Under the pieces are notes generated by a model. That model was not told the DNA's origin, ran no database searches, and was given only the letters and a program-made list of their open reading frames with translations. From a phage: 64,000 nucleotides of DNA. The DNA lies in the sequence record PZ386977.1. One strand, written 5' to 3'. The position numbers and the translations under genes are program-made. This document shows positions 32,239 through 41,162 of the stretch, piece by piece (positions within the stretch are counted from its first letter, which is position 1; each line of letters opens with the position of its first letter).

Positions 32239-32304
32239 TTTATTTCTCCAAATTAGTATTTGTTTTGATAGGTCTATAATATCATGTTTGAAGCAAAAGT
32301 AAAC
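32231..32304 (-). repeat. direct repeat copy A (promoter + leader + first codons of motA)
   Basis: ttagacattttatttctccaa ... gttttgataggtctataatatcatgtttgaagca shared with 32550-32625. Confidence 0.8.
32276..32304 (-). promoter_or_regulatory. early promoter for motA (GTTTAC -35, TATTAT -10)
   Basis: gtaaac 32299-32304, ataata 32276-32281. Confidence 0.6.
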
Positions 32305-32341
32305 TTTATTTTGGGCTCTTTTTAAAAAGCCCTGGTAAAAT

Positions 32342-32557
32342 TTACAAACTCATTTCTTTAATAAGGCCAATAAGTTTTGCCTTTTTAGAACGAAGCTTTT
32401 CTAAATGACGTCCATTTGAACCGCGAACCACTAAAGAATTGATTTCAACTTCTAAGAAATTTAATTCTTTAACAAGTGCTTTACGAGGAGCATTCATACC
32501 AGGTTTAACTTTACCGAAACGAGTAGTTGTGTTTTGGGTTAATTTCATTTTAGACAT
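32342..32557 (-). CDS. hypothetical basic protein (71 aa)
   Basis: ORF track; begins MSKMKL, inside duplicated promoter cassette. Confidence 0.55.
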   Translation of the reverse strand: MSKMKLTQNTTTRFGKVKPGMNAPRKALVKELNFLEVEINSLVVRGSNGRHLEKLRSKKAKLIGLIKEMSL

Positions 32558-32625
32558 TTTATTTCTCCAATTTGGTTGTTTTGTTTTGATAGGTCTATAA
32601 TATCATGTTTGAAGCACATGTAAAC
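32550..32625 (-). repeat. direct repeat copy B
   Basis: Same 21-nt and 34-nt blocks as 32231-32304. Confidence 0.8.
32597..32625 (-). promoter_or_regulatory. early promoter (GTTTAC -35, TATTAT -10)
   Basis: gtaaac 32620-32625, ataata 32597-32602. Confidence 0.6.
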
Positions 32626-32651
32626 TGTTTTGTGAGAAAAAATGCACAAAA

Positions 32652-32667
32652 GGGAGCCGAAGCTCCC
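32652..32667 (-). terminator. intrinsic terminator GGGAGC-UUCG-GCUCCC + UUUUGUG downstream of gene 52
   Basis: Perfect 6-bp stem, tetraloop, T-run on minus strand. Confidence 0.7.
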
Positions 32668-32743
32668 TAATCGTGATTGTCCAACCAATACAGCCAAATC
32701 ACTAGTGCAGCTATTGCACCGATAAATCCTAAGGCTAGGGCAC

Positions 32744-34069
32744 TCAAAGTGCCTCCAAGTCTTTAGTGTACTCTGTCACAACATCAGTAGACTTCCAATA
32801 CTCATTTTCTTCTTTCTTAGCTTTAGCTTCTTCTGCTAGTTTACGTGCTTCATCGGAAGTGATATGGAAGATGTTAAGACCTACTAGTTTATCGACGTGT
32901 TCTTTGTACATTTCGATTTGTGCTAGCTCTTCAGTCAAAGCTTTACGGGTCTTGCCTTGAATCACAATTTCGCCGGCAATAACTTTTTTGATGAAGTGTG
33001 CCTTAGCAAAAGCCAGTTTAAATGCTTTTTCAGATTCAAGAATTTTGTTGTCGATACGTTTCTGAACGTAAGTCTTACGGACTTCAACAAAATCTTTGAT
33101 TAAGTCTACTACATTATCGTAGACAGCTAATTTACCCTTTTCATTAATCACTGTAATGTTTTGTGAACGACGTTCGATGAGACTAAAATCTTTCATGATT
33201 TTTTCATGACGTAGCTCTTCGTCATCTGGAAGCGAGTACTCTTTACGGAACTTCACCTTAAACCCAAAGCCGTGTTCACCACAATCATCTTCCCATGAGA
33301 TTAGACCTTTATCTTCTAATGGGTCAAGAACCTTACTCACATACGTTTCACGGTCGAATTTATATGGTATTTCAGTTATCTGCATTTGAGTGCGAGATGT
33401 GAACTTATATGTTCCGTGAATCTCGTACCGTCCATCAACTTCATGTACTTCACCACTGAATTCCGGGAATTCAACTTTTGGCTTAGTGACATTTTTACCT
33501 TGAAGAGCTTGTAATACAGCCTTTTTTACCGATTTAAAACTATGAGGCAGAATATTTGTTGCGTAACCGGTTGCAATACCAGATACACCATTCAAAAGAA
33601 CTGTCGGAACAATAGGAAGATAGAATTTTGGTGGAACGTGTTCTTTATCTTCATGAGCTGGAGCATATTCAGTATCTTTATAGACATTATAGAAATTTTT
33701 ACTTACACGAGCAAAAATATAACGAGATGCTGCAGCTTTTTGGACTGTTCGAGAACCAAAGTTGCCTTGACCATCTAATAGTGGATAGTTGTTGTTCCAT
33801 GTGTTAGCCATTAATGCACCTGCATCTTGTGCAGAAGATTCACCATGGTGATAACCTAAATCTGCAACACCGCCTGCAATTGACGCAAGTTTATGAAATT
33901 TTTCTTTATTACCACGAGCCAAATCTAACGCACGATGAACCACAAAACGTTGAACCGGCTTAAATCCATCAATCATGTTTGGGATTGCACGGTTTTCAAC
34001 GGTGTACATCGCATATGCTAAGGCTTCGTTATCAATAATACTTTTTAGATTACGAGAATTCAATTGCAT
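32744..34069 (-). CDS. 52: gp52 DNA topoisomerase II medium subunit (GyrA-like)
   Basis: 441 aa; MQLNSRNLKSIIDNEALAYAMYTVENRAIPNMIDGFKPVQRF...; active-site tyrosine context. Confidence 0.95.
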   Translation of the reverse strand: MQLNSRNLKSIIDNEALAYAMYTVENRAIPNMIDGFKPVQRFVVHRALDLARGNKEKFHKLASIAGGVADLGYHHGESSAQDAGALMANTWNNNYPLLDGQGNFGSRTVQKAAASRYIFARVSKNFYNVYKDTEYAPAHEDKEHVPPKFYLPIVPTVLLNGVSGIATGYATNILPHSFKSVKKAVLQALQGKNVTKPKVEFPEFSGEVHEVDGRYEIHGTYKFTSRTQMQITEIPYKFDRETYVSKVLDPLEDKGLISWEDDCGEHGFGFKVKFRKEYSLPDDEELRHEKIMKDFSLIERRSQNITVINEKGKLAVYDNVVDLIKDFVEVRKTYVQKRIDNKILESEKAFKLAFAKAHFIKKVIAGEIVIQGKTRKALTEELAQIEMYKEHVDKLVGLNIFHITSDEARKLAEEAKAKKEENEYWKSTDVVTEYTKDLEAL

Positions 34070-34073
34070 ATTT

Positions 34074-34214
34074 TCACCATATTAATGAACGAATAACCAT
34101 TATAACATCTGAAATGAAAAGCACTACTTGTATTAGCCCAAACATCACACCGTAGTACAGAACCGTAAGCAACAACAAGAGCCCGAAGGCTCCTGCTAAG
34201 ATTTTCTTAATCAT
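34074..34214 (-). CDS. small hydrophobic protein (46 aa)
   Basis: Own translation MIKKILAGAFGLLLLLTVLYYGVMFGLIQVV...; ATG overlaps upstream stop (TAATG); below track cutoff. Confidence 0.4.
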   Translation of the reverse strand: MIKKILAGAFGLLLLLTVLYYGVMFGLIQVVLFISDVIMVIRSLIW

Positions 34215-34360
34215 TACTCGCCTTTTAACACGTTAAAAAGAGCTAAGACCGCTAAGGTGCCTTGTGATACGGCCTGTTGAAATACCGTTGTTTCGCCTGT
34301 AACTAAAGTGTTAACGAATAAAAACGACCAACACAACAATGCAATAATCCATGATACCAT
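34214..34360 (-). CDS. small hydrophobic protein (48 aa)
   Basis: Own translation MVSWIIALLCWSFLFVNTLVTGE...; GAGG SD; below track cutoff. Confidence 0.4.
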   Translation of the reverse strand: MVSWIIALLCWSFLFVNTLVTGETTVFQQAVSQGTLAVLALFNVLKGE

Positions 34361-34412
34361 TTTAATTACCTCACAAATAAATTAAAGGCCTATTAAGTTA
34401 GGCCTGTATAAA

Positions 34413-34859
34413 TTAGTAACTCTGCAGAATAAATTTGAAATTATCGGCCAGAAGACGGTTCATTTCAGTGAGTGTTTGATATTCTGATGTATGGTTGCGA
34501 GTGAACGCTAGAGCCAATTGTCCTTTACCATAACCAGTGGTCAGAGGTTTCATGTTCTTAGCTGAAACAAAGATTACATCGTATTCAATATTGTTAGTGC
34601 CCATGGTACGAGCTAGTTGTGAACGGCCTTGACGAATGTGAGAAAGAATTGCATCTAACCCTTGTTTAGAACGTTGACGTCCTACAAAGAATCGTGCTGC
34701 TACTTGACGCCAGTCAGATGAACCTTTAACGAAGAAGTAAAAACCTTCACGAGAACGAAACTCTTTAGAAACTTCAGAACCATATTCGCCATTACGAACT
34801 ACTGCAACAACTTCACCGCCAACTGCCAGAAGGTCTTTACGAGTTAAATATTTGGACAT
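34413..34859 (-). CDS. ndd: Ndd nucleoid-disruption protein
   Basis: 148 aa; ...[12 protein letters not shown]...[14 protein letters not shown]...[22 protein letters not shown] matches T4 Ndd. Confidence 0.85.
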   Translation of the reverse strand: MSKYLTRKDLLAVGGEVVAVVRNGEYGSEVSKEFRSREGFYFFVKGSSDWRQVAARFFVGRQRSKQGLDAILSHIRQGRSQLARTMGTNNIEYDVIFVSAKNMKPLTTGYGKGQLALAFTRNHTSEYQTLTEMNRLLADNFKFILQSY

Positions 34860-34935
34860 GCTAATTTCCTCAATTGATTAATGTTTTTGTAATCCATGAG
34901 AGCATTATACTCTGCTCTCAAGAGTTTGTACAATT

Positions 34936-35136
34936 TTATTCGGTTATATCAGAACGTTCAAAAAGCTCTTCAACAGTTAAACATTCGGTGTCATCCTCAA
35001 TAAAGAATCGGGTCCAACACGTTGGGGCAATGCAGTTATGAGTTTGTCCGGCGATAGAAGCTACACGAATAAGCTGCTGTCCATTATTCAGGACGAATTT
35101 TTCACCAATTTCAACATCTTTAAAAAGCTTAGCCAT
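34936..35136 (-). CDS. hypothetical protein (66 aa)
   Basis: ORF track; promoter upstream. Confidence 0.5.
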   Translation of the reverse strand: MAKLFKDVEIGEKFVLNNGQQLIRVASIAGQTHNCIAPTCWTRFFIEDDTECLTVEELFERSDITE

Positions 35137-35165
35137 TTTGTATTCCTCGTGTTTTGATAGGACTA

Positions 35166-35195
35166 CTATACCATAATCCTACCTTGTTGTAAACA
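35166..35195 (-). promoter_or_regulatory. early promoter, PeSL-like (-10 inside taggact/aatccta repeat)
   Basis: gtaaac 35190-35195, actata 35166-35171. Confidence 0.55.
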
Positions 35196-35386
35196 ATTAA
35201 ATTACATTAAAATATGTTAAAGCTAACCATGTTCCAGTGAATGAACATGCAATGTAAAAAACCGTATCACAAATTGTTCTTAGTACAATAAGAAGTGCAT
35301 TTTTCATAAGTACCTCAACACAATTGAAAATATTATACAAATCATTGGGATACTAAGCAACCATATTCCGATCCACATTTTAGAGC

Positions 35387-35650
35387 TCATATCTCAACTT
35401 CCGCGAGTTCCATATATCCTTTGTTGATAACCTCTTTAAGGTCTTTAGAAAGAATAACACCAAAATGGTCGTTCATATGTCCGTTAACTAAACGAGTTAT
35501 TTCGGCTTCAGATGACATATAAGGCACGTCCGAGTCCCAATGAGATAGACTTAAATGAGTATAAATCATCCCTTCGTCATCTGCTGTGTTGTACATTGAA
35601 ACAAACTCACCGGTCACTTTATGTTTTGCGTAGAAAAATTTAAATTTCAT
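35387..35650 (-). CDS. hypothetical protein (87 aa)
   Basis: ORF track; promoter upstream. Confidence 0.5.
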   Translation of the reverse strand: MKFKFFYAKHKVTGEFVSMYNTADDEGMIYTHLSLSHWDSDVPYMSSEAEITRLVNGHMNDHFGVILSKDLKEVINKGYMELAEVEI

Positions 35651-35676
35651 GATGTTATCCTCTTTTAGATAGGACT

Positions 35677-35706
35677 ACTATATCATAGTCCTACTTAGTT
35701 GTAAAC
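35677..35706 (-). promoter_or_regulatory. early promoter, PeSL-like (-10 inside perfect 8-bp repeat taggacta/tagtccta)
   Basis: gtaaac 35701-35706, actata 35677-35682. Confidence 0.55.
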
Positions 35707-35719
35707 ACTTTTTATGAAA

Positions 35720-36340
35720 TTAAAGATGAAGATACCAACCGTTGTAGTTGCTCTTACGAACGATTTTCTTTAGGTCTTCATGGTCTCCCACGAACTTTAT
35801 AGAATAAGAGAAGACGTCAGGTGAGGTTTCTTTGACATTCAATATAATAATACAGTCTGCAACTCGATGATTAAGGAAGGGCCCTATGTTGATTCCGTTG
35901 CCACCCGGATAATCACCACTGTATCCTGTGGTAACAGAAATCCATTTAGAATCCATCTGATGTGTCTTGACTTCTACACGAATTCCACAATATTTAGGAT
36001 GGGCTAACACGTCCCACGCATACGTGTACGGGTCTTCTACGTCTTCAATACCTTTATTAACATATCCGTCTAGCCAATTTGCTACTACATACTCTGCAAA
36101 GACTGCAACCTTACAACGTCGAACTACGTCTTCTTTTATTTGACCTGGATCTTGTTTCAACGAGTACCGAGCAGTGTCAGCAATCTTCACTTTCATTTCA
36201 CTAGTCAAAAACTCATTCGACAGGATAAATGTCGGAAGATTCTTCAGTCTCAACAGTCCCAAGTTCGTCTTTACCATAGATACCTCTGATGTGTAGTTCG
36301 CCAAAATAAATGCGGTCTCCTTCTTCAAGATAGTTAGCAT
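35720..36340 (-). CDS. denB: DenB (endonuclease IV)-like by position; true start probably internal
   Basis: 206-aa ORF between ndd block and rIIB; sequence not independently recognised. Confidence 0.45.
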   Translation of the reverse strand: MLTILKKETAFILANYTSEVSMVKTNLGLLRLKNLPTFILSNEFLTSEMKVKIADTARYSLKQDPGQIKEDVVRRCKVAVFAEYVVANWLDGYVNKGIEDVEDPYTYAWDVLAHPKYCGIRVEVKTHQMDSKWISVTTGYSGDYPGGNGINIGPFLNHRVADCIIILNVKETSPDVFSYSIKFVGDHEDLKKIVRKSNYNGWYLHL

Positions 36341-36500
36341 CTACAGGTGGAATTTCATTAACAACTTCGTCGCATTCTAACCAGCCGTAGTGTGCATCAC
36401 CAGGATGTTTTACCAATTTAGCACAATAAACTGATTTACACTTATGATGACCACGAAGATTAGCAATTTTGGATTCTGATACGTCAAATGGATGAATCAT
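36213..36500 (-). CDS. hypothetical protein (95 aa)
   Basis: ORF track; start just after rIIB terminator. Confidence 0.5.
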   Translation of the reverse strand: MIHPFDVSESKIANLRGHHKCKSVYCAKLVKHPGDAHYGWLECDEVVNEIPPVDANYLEEGDRIYFGELHIRGIYGKDELGTVETEESSDIYPVE

Positions 36501-36520
36501 AATTACCCCTAAAGAAAAAA

Positions 36521-36536
36521 GGGGACCGAAGTCCCC
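36521..36536 (-). terminator. intrinsic terminator GGGGAC-UUCG-GUCCCC + UUUUUU after rIIB
   Basis: Perfect 6-bp stem, tetraloop, 6-T run on minus strand. Confidence 0.75.
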
Positions 36537-36541
36537 AATTA

Positions 36542-37489
36542 TTATTCTGCAAATAATTCAGTAACGTCTGAAATTACTTCATAACGACAAGTACGCATCT
36601 TAGCATCACCATAGTCAACCGGGATGGATACAACATCACGTGGATGAACTTTAACCTTAACAACTTTATCTGAGCTTGAACCAAAGTGGCGAATATAAGA
36701 TTTAGCACAAACGTGGAGACCGCGAGAACAGGTTTGAGTATCATCGTCGTTAACTCGAGTACGAGGCATTGAAACAACTTTACCTGGGGAGTTATCAAAT
36801 GTACCACTATAGCAGTCTAAATAGTCCTTACGAACTACTTTCCACGCATAGAAATACCCATCTTCAGTGATTTCAATATCATTTGCAACCAAGAAGTCGA
36901 ATAAACGTTGTACAGCTTTTTCGCTCGGGTTTTCTAACAGGTTTTCAAGGAACGGCAGATAGAATTTAAAGTCTTCGCCTTTTTCCATGGAATCAATAAT
37001 ACGATTAACCAGTCCTGAACGAATTTCTATACCTTGATAAAATAAACTACCACCTTCAATAGTAACATTACCATCAACAAACTTACTAATAGCTTTCTTG
37101 ATGTTAATAAGTTCGACAGCTTTACTAAGGTTTCCTGCGACCAGATTAGCTTTAATTTCTTCAAAATTTGCATGACTTGATGGGGTCGCATTGTATGCTA
37201 CGCGTCCTTCAATAATTGAAATAAATTTAGATGACGCGTTCCATACGATTTCAGGACGATGTCCGCCGATAATAGGTTCATCATTTTCTGGAACTTCTTC
37301 GATTACATAAGAGGCATCGTTTGCTTCAGGGACAACGCCTTCTGCTTTAAAATTCTTAACAATCTTACGAAGAGTATCTGTTGAAATGTCGAAGTAATCG
37401 GCAATTTCTTTACGAGTCCATTTGCCTGATTCAACCAGGCCGTAAGCTTCTAACTGTTCTTCTTGGGACAAGCATTTGATATTGTACAT
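36542..37489 (-). CDS. rIIB: rIIB membrane-associated protein
   Basis: 315 aa; starts MYNIKCL; directly downstream of rIIA as in T4. Confidence 0.85.
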   Translation of the reverse strand: MYNIKCLSQEEQLEAYGLVESGKWTRKEIADYFDISTDTLRKIVKNFKAEGVVPEANDASYVIEEVPENDEPIIGGHRPEIVWNASSKFISIIEGRVAYNATPSSHANFEEIKANLVAGNLSKAVELINIKKAISKFVDGNVTIEGGSLFYQGIEIRSGLVNRIIDSMEKGEDFKFYLPFLENLLENPSEKAVQRLFDFLVANDIEITEDGYFYAWKVVRKDYLDCYSGTFDNSPGKVVSMPRTRVNDDDTQTCSRGLHVCAKSYIRHFGSSSDKVVKVKVHPRDVVSIPVDYGDAKMRTCRYEVISDVTELFAE

Positions 37490-37498
37490 AATGTTTCC

Positions 37499-39712
37499 TT
37501 ATTTGGCCGCTTCCACGGCCTTCATGAATTTAACGATTTGAGCGACCTGTTCTTTAGAAAGAGTACCACGTCGTCCCATGTATTCTGACACAATATGATA
37601 ATTGGTTTCGAATTCAATAACCATTTTATCATCATTATCGTAAGCATTATCTTTAAGCTTATCGAAAATTTTAGCACACAATTCTAACTTCCTGTTCAGG
37701 TCTCTGTTTTCAGCACCTGCGAATCGATTCCATCCCCAACGATTATTTACTGTTGAGAGTTTTGCAAAATCTTTACTGATTTCTTTGTTTTTAGAGCTAA
37801 AATACTTACTAAGGAAGTTAAGCTCTTCATTACGAGTAATATGATTCAAATAAGGCTGTGCTCTACGACTTGGTGATACATACTCATCATAATCCACTTT
37901 ATCGATTAGCGTAATATAGTCATTAATTGATTTTTCGAACAAGCATTCTACTTCACCAAGTTTACGAACTTTTTTAGCAATCTGTGGACGAACTACAGTG
38001 AACTCTTTAATACCTGACAAATCAGCAATACGGGTCAAGAAATTGGAGTCATAGTTCAACCAACCTTTATCTGCGTCAAGACATTCAGCATTAGAACGAT
38101 TACGAACTATAGCATAACCTTGGATTTCATCTGCTTCACTTGCCGGAATAAAGAGGTCTTCTGATACCCAAACATCGTTTTCATTCTTAAAGAATCGATG
38201 AGCACTTGGCGATTTAGGACGAGGCTCGTTAGTCCGTTTCCTGACTTCAATCCATGGCTTAACGATTTGTAAAAGCTCTGAAGTCTTGTACATGTTAATG
38301 TTGTCGCCATCAAAGATAACTTTAAGGCGTTCCAGAAGTTTCATTGCATCTTCGTCTGTAGGGTCAACGAATAGTACACTTTTACCAAAACCGCGTGGAA
38401 CTTTACCAGTTAATTTAACCTCGTCTTTAGACATTTCAATTGAATTAAGAGCTCGCATTAATGGAACGCGTCCCTTAACGTCGTCAATAACGATTTCAAC
38501 ATTTTTAATGTTAATGCCAATCAGGCTGTTAATTGAAATGGTCGATGATGAGCTACCACTTTCACGAATACGACGAAGACGAGGGGATTCAACGATATCG
38601 TATACAACGCCAAGATTACACCACTCAGGCCCCATTTTAAAACGTTTGTACAACTCAGAATAAGTTAATTGTTCTTTAGAGTATTTCAGTGATTCAATAT
38701 TAGACCCGGCCTTTTCCATGTATTTACGAGCGGTATAGCCAAGAGAATCAATTTCACGGAACACATGACGTGGGTATTTACAATCAATCCATTTCTTAGA
38801 ATCTTCAGCGAACAATTTAGCATCGATTTCTGCAACTCGTTTATGGATATTTGCTACTGTACGTTTATCAAATGACAATGCTTCACGAGACGGAGCTACG
38901 TCTAGTTCACCCATAGGGAATTTAATATAAGCTGTAGTGCATCGTGTCATCATCCATGTTTGTTCTTTAATAACACTTCCAATTGGATATACAATACCAC
39001 CATAAACAGCCATGATATTACCACGTTCACCCCATGGAGCTTCCTTGGCCAAATATACATCGTCAAATTCAGGGAAGTATTTAATATCTTTAACACCACG
39101 AACTTCTGCAATATCACCTAGAGGACGCATAACATAAGCAATTTCGGATGCAAACTTTTCAAAATCTTCTGGGTTAACCGGTACGACTACTTCTACACCC
39201 GTACGGTCATCAGGACCCATCTTATCTACAAAGGTTGGCTTAATTTGTGGACCTGTGTCATCTTGGTAGATTACGTAACCACGAACTTCGCCGTTGTGAT
39301 AAGACGTAAGGTTAAACGTATCAGTATATGCTAATGGAGCTTTAGAACCGAGTCCAAATCCACCAATGAAATCGTTGCTCGATGTTTTAGTTGAAGCAAA
39401 ATATGAGTTATAGATTCCTGGCTCTTCGTCATTACCTCGAATGGTGAAATCGCTCATACCAGGACCAAAGTCTCGAACTACAAAGCGTGGGTCTAAACGA
39501 CCTGGAGCCTGAACAATAAACTTATCAGTGCAACCATTAAGAATTTGTCCATCGATACAGTTTGTAATTAATTCACGTACACAAGCCAATTCTTTGTTTG
39601 TATAAAGGTCATTAGACAAAATCTTATAAACTTTGCTATTGCCTTGAATAGTGAATGCTGTGCTCTTACCGCCTGAACCAATAATCGTTTCTTTAGCCGT
39701 TTCAATAATCAT
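37499..39712 (-). CDS. rIIA: rIIA protein (GHKL-type ATPase-like N-terminus)
   Basis: 737 aa; N-terminal ELITNCID...DFGPGM...GGFGLGSKA ATPase-like motifs; size and position. Confidence 0.85.
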   Translation of the reverse strand: MIIETAKETIIGSGGKSTAFTIQGNSKVYKILSNDLYTNKELACVRELITNCIDGQILNGCTDKFIVQAPGRLDPRFVVRDFGPGMSDFTIRGNDEEPGIYNSYFASTKTSSNDFIGGFGLGSKAPLAYTDTFNLTSYHNGEVRGYVIYQDDTGPQIKPTFVDKMGPDDRTGVEVVVPVNPEDFEKFASEIAYVMRPLGDIAEVRGVKDIKYFPEFDDVYLAKEAPWGERGNIMAVYGGIVYPIGSVIKEQTWMMTRCTTAYIKFPMGELDVAPSREALSFDKRTVANIHKRVAEIDAKLFAEDSKKWIDCKYPRHVFREIDSLGYTARKYMEKAGSNIESLKYSKEQLTYSELYKRFKMGPEWCNLGVVYDIVESPRLRRIRESGSSSSTISINSLIGINIKNVEIVIDDVKGRVPLMRALNSIEMSKDEVKLTGKVPRGFGKSVLFVDPTDEDAMKLLERLKVIFDGDNINMYKTSELLQIVKPWIEVRKRTNEPRPKSPSAHRFFKNENDVWVSEDLFIPASEADEIQGYAIVRNRSNAECLDADKGWLNYDSNFLTRIADLSGIKEFTVVRPQIAKKVRKLGEVECLFEKSINDYITLIDKVDYDEYVSPSRRAQPYLNHITRNEELNFLSKYFSSKNKEISKDFAKLSTVNNRWGWNRFAGAENRDLNRKLELCAKIFDKLKDNAYDNDDKMVIEFETNYHIVSEYMGRRGTLSKEQVAQIVKFMKAVEAAK

Positions 39713-39724
39713 GTTTTTCTCTCA

Positions 39725-39925
39725 TCACAAGTTACGTTTAAAAATTTCTGCTACTTCAAGAAGTTCTTCTTTAGTAGCTGTATCGGTTTGTATTTTATAT
39801 CGAATTTCTTTAAAGCGTTCTTTAAAGGACTCTGCTGACTCGATATCAAAAAATCTTTGGATAAGCCGGAATTCCCGGAGCACTGCTTTATCAAAAAGTT
39901 CCAAGTCCACGTTATATGTTCTCAT
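39725..39925 (-). CDS. hypothetical protein (66 aa), rIIA.1 position
   Basis: ORF track. Confidence 0.55.
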   Translation of the reverse strand: MRTYNVDLELFDKAVLREFRLIQRFFDIESAESFKERFKEIRYKIQTDTATKEELLEVAEIFKRNL

Positions 39926-40017
39926 AATATTCTCTTCAGTAGATTCCTAGGGCACTATTACTAAAGACCATATAATCTATCATCTTATGTGTAATAGTGC
40001 CTCAGGCGATTCAGGAT

Positions 40018-41118
40018 TTACGCTGTGAAGATTTTATCCCACATCGCAACAACTGCATCTCGGTTATACTTCTTCCATACTGCTTCAGCACGTTTAACTC
40101 TAGCTTCGTATGTGTCAGTGAATTCTAATACAGCTTTTGTGTAAAGCGCAACTACTTCTTTCTTAGGAGTAGAGGAATCAATTTCTACACGCACAGTATC
40201 TGGGTCATATTCGAATGTCGCGTGCGGATAATCCTTAAAAACTAACTGAATCACAGGGACACCTTTAGAGATGGCTTCAATAGAACTATTCTCTACTGTA
40301 CCTGTGTCAGGACACGTATTGATAAGTGCTTTAGCTGTTTTAAGACGTTCCATGATTTCACTGTGTGGAGCATCAATAATAACAGGATATTTAGCTGGCG
40401 GTGCCCATTTACTAGGACAGTATCCTGCACCGTTTTCGCCTAGTGCTTTAATCGCTTCAAGAGCAACATCAGTACGACGCATCTTAGTGTCATAACGTTG
40501 AGCACTAATAATCAGATCAGTCGCTGGAAGAACTTCAGGTTTCTCATTCAAACAAATAACCGGATAATCTTCGGCTTCAAACAACGGATTTGCTCGCCAA
40601 TAATCATAATCAATTTTGTCAGTCAGACCTGAAGTCATATAACAATATTTGCGTTCAAATTCACGGAAGGCTTTAGTAGGAGCATAACTCTTGCCACCAT
40701 TCTTATGAATTTGAATAGTCTGGTCCCAAATTTGAACAATGCCACGAGATACCGGTTCAAATGGTGTTGCCATAAAATTCTTATGAACTTTAGAGAGACC
40801 TGCGTCTTTAATTGCCTGAACGGTTAGTTTGGTCGGTTCCATTGTAACAACGAAATCGTACTCATTGATGCCGGCTAGTTCAACAATCTTACGAGCCATA
40901 GTATAACTCATACCTAGACTGAATTTAGTCAGACGACCAACAGGATGATGATTAACCTTCCAGTCACCAAACGTGTCATTATCAAAGCCGATATAATCAA
41001 TATCAGCACCGATGGACACAAGATATTTCAACACATTTAAATGTACCGCTTCAAGACCACCTTGTACACGTTCTGGGTTAAATGGGACTGCGCGAGATGG
41101 GATAAACATAACTTTCAT
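40018..41118 (-). CDS. putative GT-B glycosyltransferase
   Basis: 366 aa; C-terminal ...GTVENSSIEAISKGVPVI... resembles the nucleotide-sugar-binding E-x-E region of GT-B enzymes; not an obvious T4 alpha- or beta-gt homologue. Confidence 0.5.
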   Translation of the reverse strand: MKVMFIPSRAVPFNPERVQGGLEAVHLNVLKYLVSIGADIDYIGFDNDTFGDWKVNHHPVGRLTKFSLGMSYTMARKIVELAGINEYDFVVTMEPTKLTVQAIKDAGLSKVHKNFMATPFEPVSRGIVQIWDQTIQIHKNGGKSYAPTKAFREFERKYCYMTSGLTDKIDYDYWRANPLFEAEDYPVICLNEKPEVLPATDLIISAQRYDTKMRRTDVALEAIKALGENGAGYCPSKWAPPAKYPVIIDAPHSEIMERLKTAKALINTCPDTGTVENSSIEAISKGVPVIQLVFKDYPHATFEYDPDTVRVEIDSSTPKKEVVALYTKAVLEFTDTYEARVKRAEAVWKKYNRDAVVAMWDKIFTA

Positions 41119-41144
41119 AATTAAGCCTTATTAAAATTAAAATG

Positions 41145-41162
41145 AAGCTCCCGAAGGAGCTT
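41145..41162 (-). terminator. hairpin AAGCUCC-UUCG-GGAGCUU + U-rich tail overlapping gene 39 stop
   Basis: Perfect 7-bp stem, tetraloop; minus RNA continues cauuuuaauuuu. Confidence 0.6.

Noticed and set aside
32291-32298. TGCTTCA MotA-box-like sequence inside the motA early promoter
   Set aside because: It sits only 7 nt from the -10 and overlaps the -35 region, so spacing is wrong for a MotA-dependent middle promoter.
34179-34192. GAGCC-CGAA-GGCUC hairpin-like inverted repeat
   Set aside because: Falls inside the 46-aa hydrophobic ORF and has no U-tract; likely coincidental with the coding sequence.
38286-38663. Plus-strand ORF (125 aa) antisense to rIIA
   Set aside because: Shadow ORF inside rIIA.
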